Assembly (NCBI GenBank): GCA_040756875.1
Contig: JBFLYH010000001.1
Location: 1,308,878-1,372,877 of the forward strand
Reading direction: 5' to 3'
Origin: a candidate division FCPU426 bacterium
Lineage (GTDB): Bacteria; Oederibacteriota; JAAXVQ01; JAUVAV01
DNA: 64,000 nucleotides
This document shows, one piece after another, positions 61,616 to 64,000 of this stretch. Every line of letters begins with the position of its first letter. Within the stretch, counting starts at the first letter, position 1. The notes below the pieces were generated by a model. It was not told where the DNA came from, did no database searches, and saw only the letters and a list, made by a program, of their open reading frames with translations. The position numbers were made by a program, and so were the translations under genes.

Positions 61616-62205
61616 TTAATGACCGCGACCCTGAAGCGTTTGTGGAGTTTGTTGCCGCTCACCACCACGACATACACGCCTGAAGCCACCACCTCGCCGC
61701 GGTCATTGCGGCCGTCCCAGATCGGAACCATGCCGCGCACCAGCGTCTGTTCTTTGGCCAGTTCGCGCACCAGCGTGCCGCTCTGGCTGTAGACGCGCAC
61801 AGTCACCTCGCCGTGCAGCGTGGTGAGGTTTTGAACTTCCAGCGTCTGCCCTTCCATGGGATTGAAGGAATTATGGTTCACTGAAACCCTCAGGTTGAAG
61901 GCCTCGGTGGCGGTCGGCGTTACGGTCGAGGTCGGCGAGATGGTGAACGTCGGCGTGATGGTCGGCGAATGGGTGACGGTCAGCGTAATGGTGGGGGTGG
62001 GTGTGATCGTAAAGGTCGATGTGAACGTCGGCGTGATGGTATAGGTGGGGGTGATGGTAAAAGTGGAAGTAATAGTATAGGTCTCGGTGATCGTGGGCGT
62101 GGCCGTAAACGTTGGCGTGTCCGTCGGAGTGTCGGTCGGTGTGGCTGCCAGCGCCACAGCAGGCACAGCCCACGCCATTGTCAGGATCATGAACCAACGC
62201 AACAT
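61612..62205 (-). CDS. Secreted protein consisting only of a Thr/Pro stalk and FlgD-Ig/T9SS-type CTD
   Basis: Signal peptide, TPT repeats, WDGRN..G..VASGVY...RFRVAVIK. Confidence 0.85.
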   Translation of the reverse strand: MLRWFMILTMAWAVPAVALAATPTDTPTDTPTFTATPTITETYTITSTFTITPTYTITPTFTSTFTITPTPTITLTVTHSPTITPTFTISPTSTVTPTATEAFNLRVSVNHNSFNPMEGQTLEVQNLTTLHGEVTVRVYSQSGTLVRELAKEQTLVRGMVPIWDGRNDRGEVVASGVYVVVVSGNKLHKRFRVAVIK

Positions 62206-62347
62206 GCCATCACCTCAGAACGAGAATGCAGCCAGTATAGCGGGTCACGCTGTTAAAATCAATGCCGAAGTCTGCCGCCCTTCCCGCCCCGCGCATTCCA
62301 GCCGGCAGCTTCGGAGCGGAAATGTTCAGCGGGCGGCAAGGGCGGCT

Positions 62348-63337
62348 TTACGGATTGGGCGCAAGCGTGAAAGCGTAGGTTTCGACCTCTTCCAGGCCCC
62401 AGGCTTCCCCGGCCTTGGCCAGGGAGTAATGCTTTTCGATCCGCATGGTTCCACTCTGAGGCCTGCCCGGTTTTTCCAGGAAGCGGACCTTCCCGGTAAT
62501 CAGGAATCTCCCGCCTTTAAACTGCACGTCTTGCAGGGTTTTCAATCCCACCATGCTCCCCAGCGCGTTCAGGTCATCGCCGCTGAACTCCAGACGGTTC
62601 TCCAATTTCAGTTCCGCGGCTCCGCGGCGCGAGGCAAGGAGCGTGAAGCGGGTCGCCACGGGTTGTTCCCATTCCGAGGCGGCCGGTTTTTCCGCTCCGG
62701 AGACCGCCCAACTCTCGCCTGAAGCAACCGGATGCCCGGGCAGAACGGCGACCAATACCGGCGGAATCTTCAGGCTGCGGATGATGCGTTCCCCCAGCAC
62801 GCGGTTGGTCAGCAGCAACTTCACCAGTTCCTGGTTGAACGCTCCGTCCTGCCCGGCGTCCGACGCTTCCCGGCCCAGGGACGTGATGGCCATGTGCGCC
62901 AGCGGCTTGCGGATCAACTGCTCATAGCGGTCCCATCCCTCGGGCCCCAGGTAGGCCTCCAGGGACTGGGTCTCGCCGTACCAGAACAACTCACCGGCTT
63001 CCCGCCCCAATTCCGCCCGGAATTTCCCCTGCGGGTCGTGGCTGCGCAACCGCAGAAGCGTGAATTCGAGCTGGAATTGTCCGGGTTGCGGGCCGGGCAC
63101 GGCGGCGAGCATGAAAGAGGCGCGGATATCCAGGCGCGATGTCTCGCGGGAGAATACCCGGTCGTGATGGGTTTTTTCAAGCTTCCTTTCCAGAGTGCAT
63201 TCGGCCTCGACGCGGTAACGGCCGCCGTCGGCAAACCGATAGGCCAGTGTGTTGGGCTGGGGCGAAGAGGCAGGACCGCAGGCCGTCGCCAATAGCATCC
63301 AGGCCAACACCGATGCCGTCCCAGAGATTGCGCGCAT
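62348..63337 (-). CDS. Hypothetical lipoprotein
   Basis: Lipobox-like LATAC; beta-rich body; GAAGGTGA RBS. Confidence 0.65.
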   Translation of the reverse strand: MRAISGTASVLAWMLLATACGPASSPQPNTLAYRFADGGRYRVEAECTLERKLEKTHHDRVFSRETSRLDIRASFMLAAVPGPQPGQFQLEFTLLRLRSHDPQGKFRAELGREAGELFWYGETQSLEAYLGPEGWDRYEQLIRKPLAHMAITSLGREASDAGQDGAFNQELVKLLLTNRVLGERIIRSLKIPPVLVAVLPGHPVASGESWAVSGAEKPAASEWEQPVATRFTLLASRRGAAELKLENRLEFSGDDLNALGSMVGLKTLQDVQFKGGRFLITGKVRFLEKPGRPQSGTMRIEKHYSLAKAGEAWGLEEVETYAFTLAPNP

Positions 63338-63427
63338 GGACTTTCACCTTCGGAAACCGGGTTGAAAATATTTTCCGGTATAACACATTGATTCGAACGG
63401 GTCAAGCGATGGAGTTAAAGAGGCGGG

Positions 63428-63796
63428 TCAGGCACCCAGGATTGCGCGGATTTCGCGTTCAAATTCCTGGGGTTCAAACGGTTTGGTGAGGTAGGCGTCG
63501 GCGCCGGCTTCCCAGCCTTTTTGCACTTCCCGGGGATCGGCCATGACTGTCAGCATGACCACGGGGATATCGCGGGTGGCCGGGCTTTGCTTCAAACGGC
63601 CGCAGACTTCGAAGCCGTCCAAGCCCGGCATCATGACATCCAGGAGGATCAGGTCGGGCCGGATGCGCGCGAGCACGTCGAACAGTTCCTGCCCGCTTTT
63701 CGCCGGAATAACGGTGTAGCGTTGGGCGCTCAGAATAATGTCGATCAGACCACGAATGTCCTTCTCGTCGTCCACAACCACAATCGTTTTATTCAT
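63428..63796 (-). CDS. Single-domain response regulator
   Basis: VVDD, DVMMP..DG and KPF motifs. Confidence 0.93.
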   Translation of the reverse strand: MNKTIVVVDDEKDIRGLIDIILSAQRYTVIPAKSGQELFDVLARIRPDLILLDVMMPGLDGFEVCGRLKQSPATRDIPVVMLTVMADPREVQKGWEAGADAYLTKPFEPQEFEREIRAILGA

Positions 63797-63907
63797 ATAG
63801 ACCTCTCCCGGCCAGGCTCCGCCGCCTCTGACTTTATCTTCGGTACTTACCGAAATGGGCTTAAGGCGTCAAACCCGAAAATACACCTAGCCGGAAAAGG
63901 CCATTTT

Positions 63908-64000
63908 CTATTGTTTTTCGAAACTATCCTTGCCGGCGCCGCAATCCGGGCAGACCCAATCCGCAGGCAGGGCTTCAAAAGGCGTGCCTGGCGCAACCCC
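63908..64000 (-). CDS. Rubredoxin, 3' part (truncated by the window)
   Basis: [30 protein letters not shown]. Confidence 0.92.
   Translation of the reverse strand, partial: GVAPGTPFEALPADWVCPDCGAGKDSFEKQ

Overview
A roughly 60% GC chromosomal window from a diderm, probably anaerobic bacterium. It has Kdo, lipid A and Lpt genes, rpsU-dnaG-rpoD, two tRNAs, a trimeric electron-bifurcating-type [FeFe] hydrogenase and rubredoxin. The abundance of Thr/Pro-stalked, FlgD-Ig/T9SS-like C-terminal domain (CTD) proteins suggests a candidate-phylum lineage such as FCPU426 or its relatives (inference only). The main signal is a T9SS-like surface-display system. Seven proteins end in a FlgD-Ig/T9SS-type CTD, and a PorV-family barrel is present. 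Four of the seven form a tandem array with a shared stalk-plus-CTD tail but unrelated heads. One is a zinc-finger anti-sigma factor whose extracytoplasmic domain is itself such a CTD, making it a candidate secretion-checkpoint regulator. Other points of interest are a duplicated barrel-plus-lipoprotein cassette, a CHASE2-cyclase/FecR/barrel module, and a Cache-MCP-porin trio. There is also a 135-nt rod-shaped RNA candidate, and a small IS200/IS605-like palindromic element in two copies, one lying in frame inside mtaB. All calls come from reading the sequence and recognising motifs; no searches were run.
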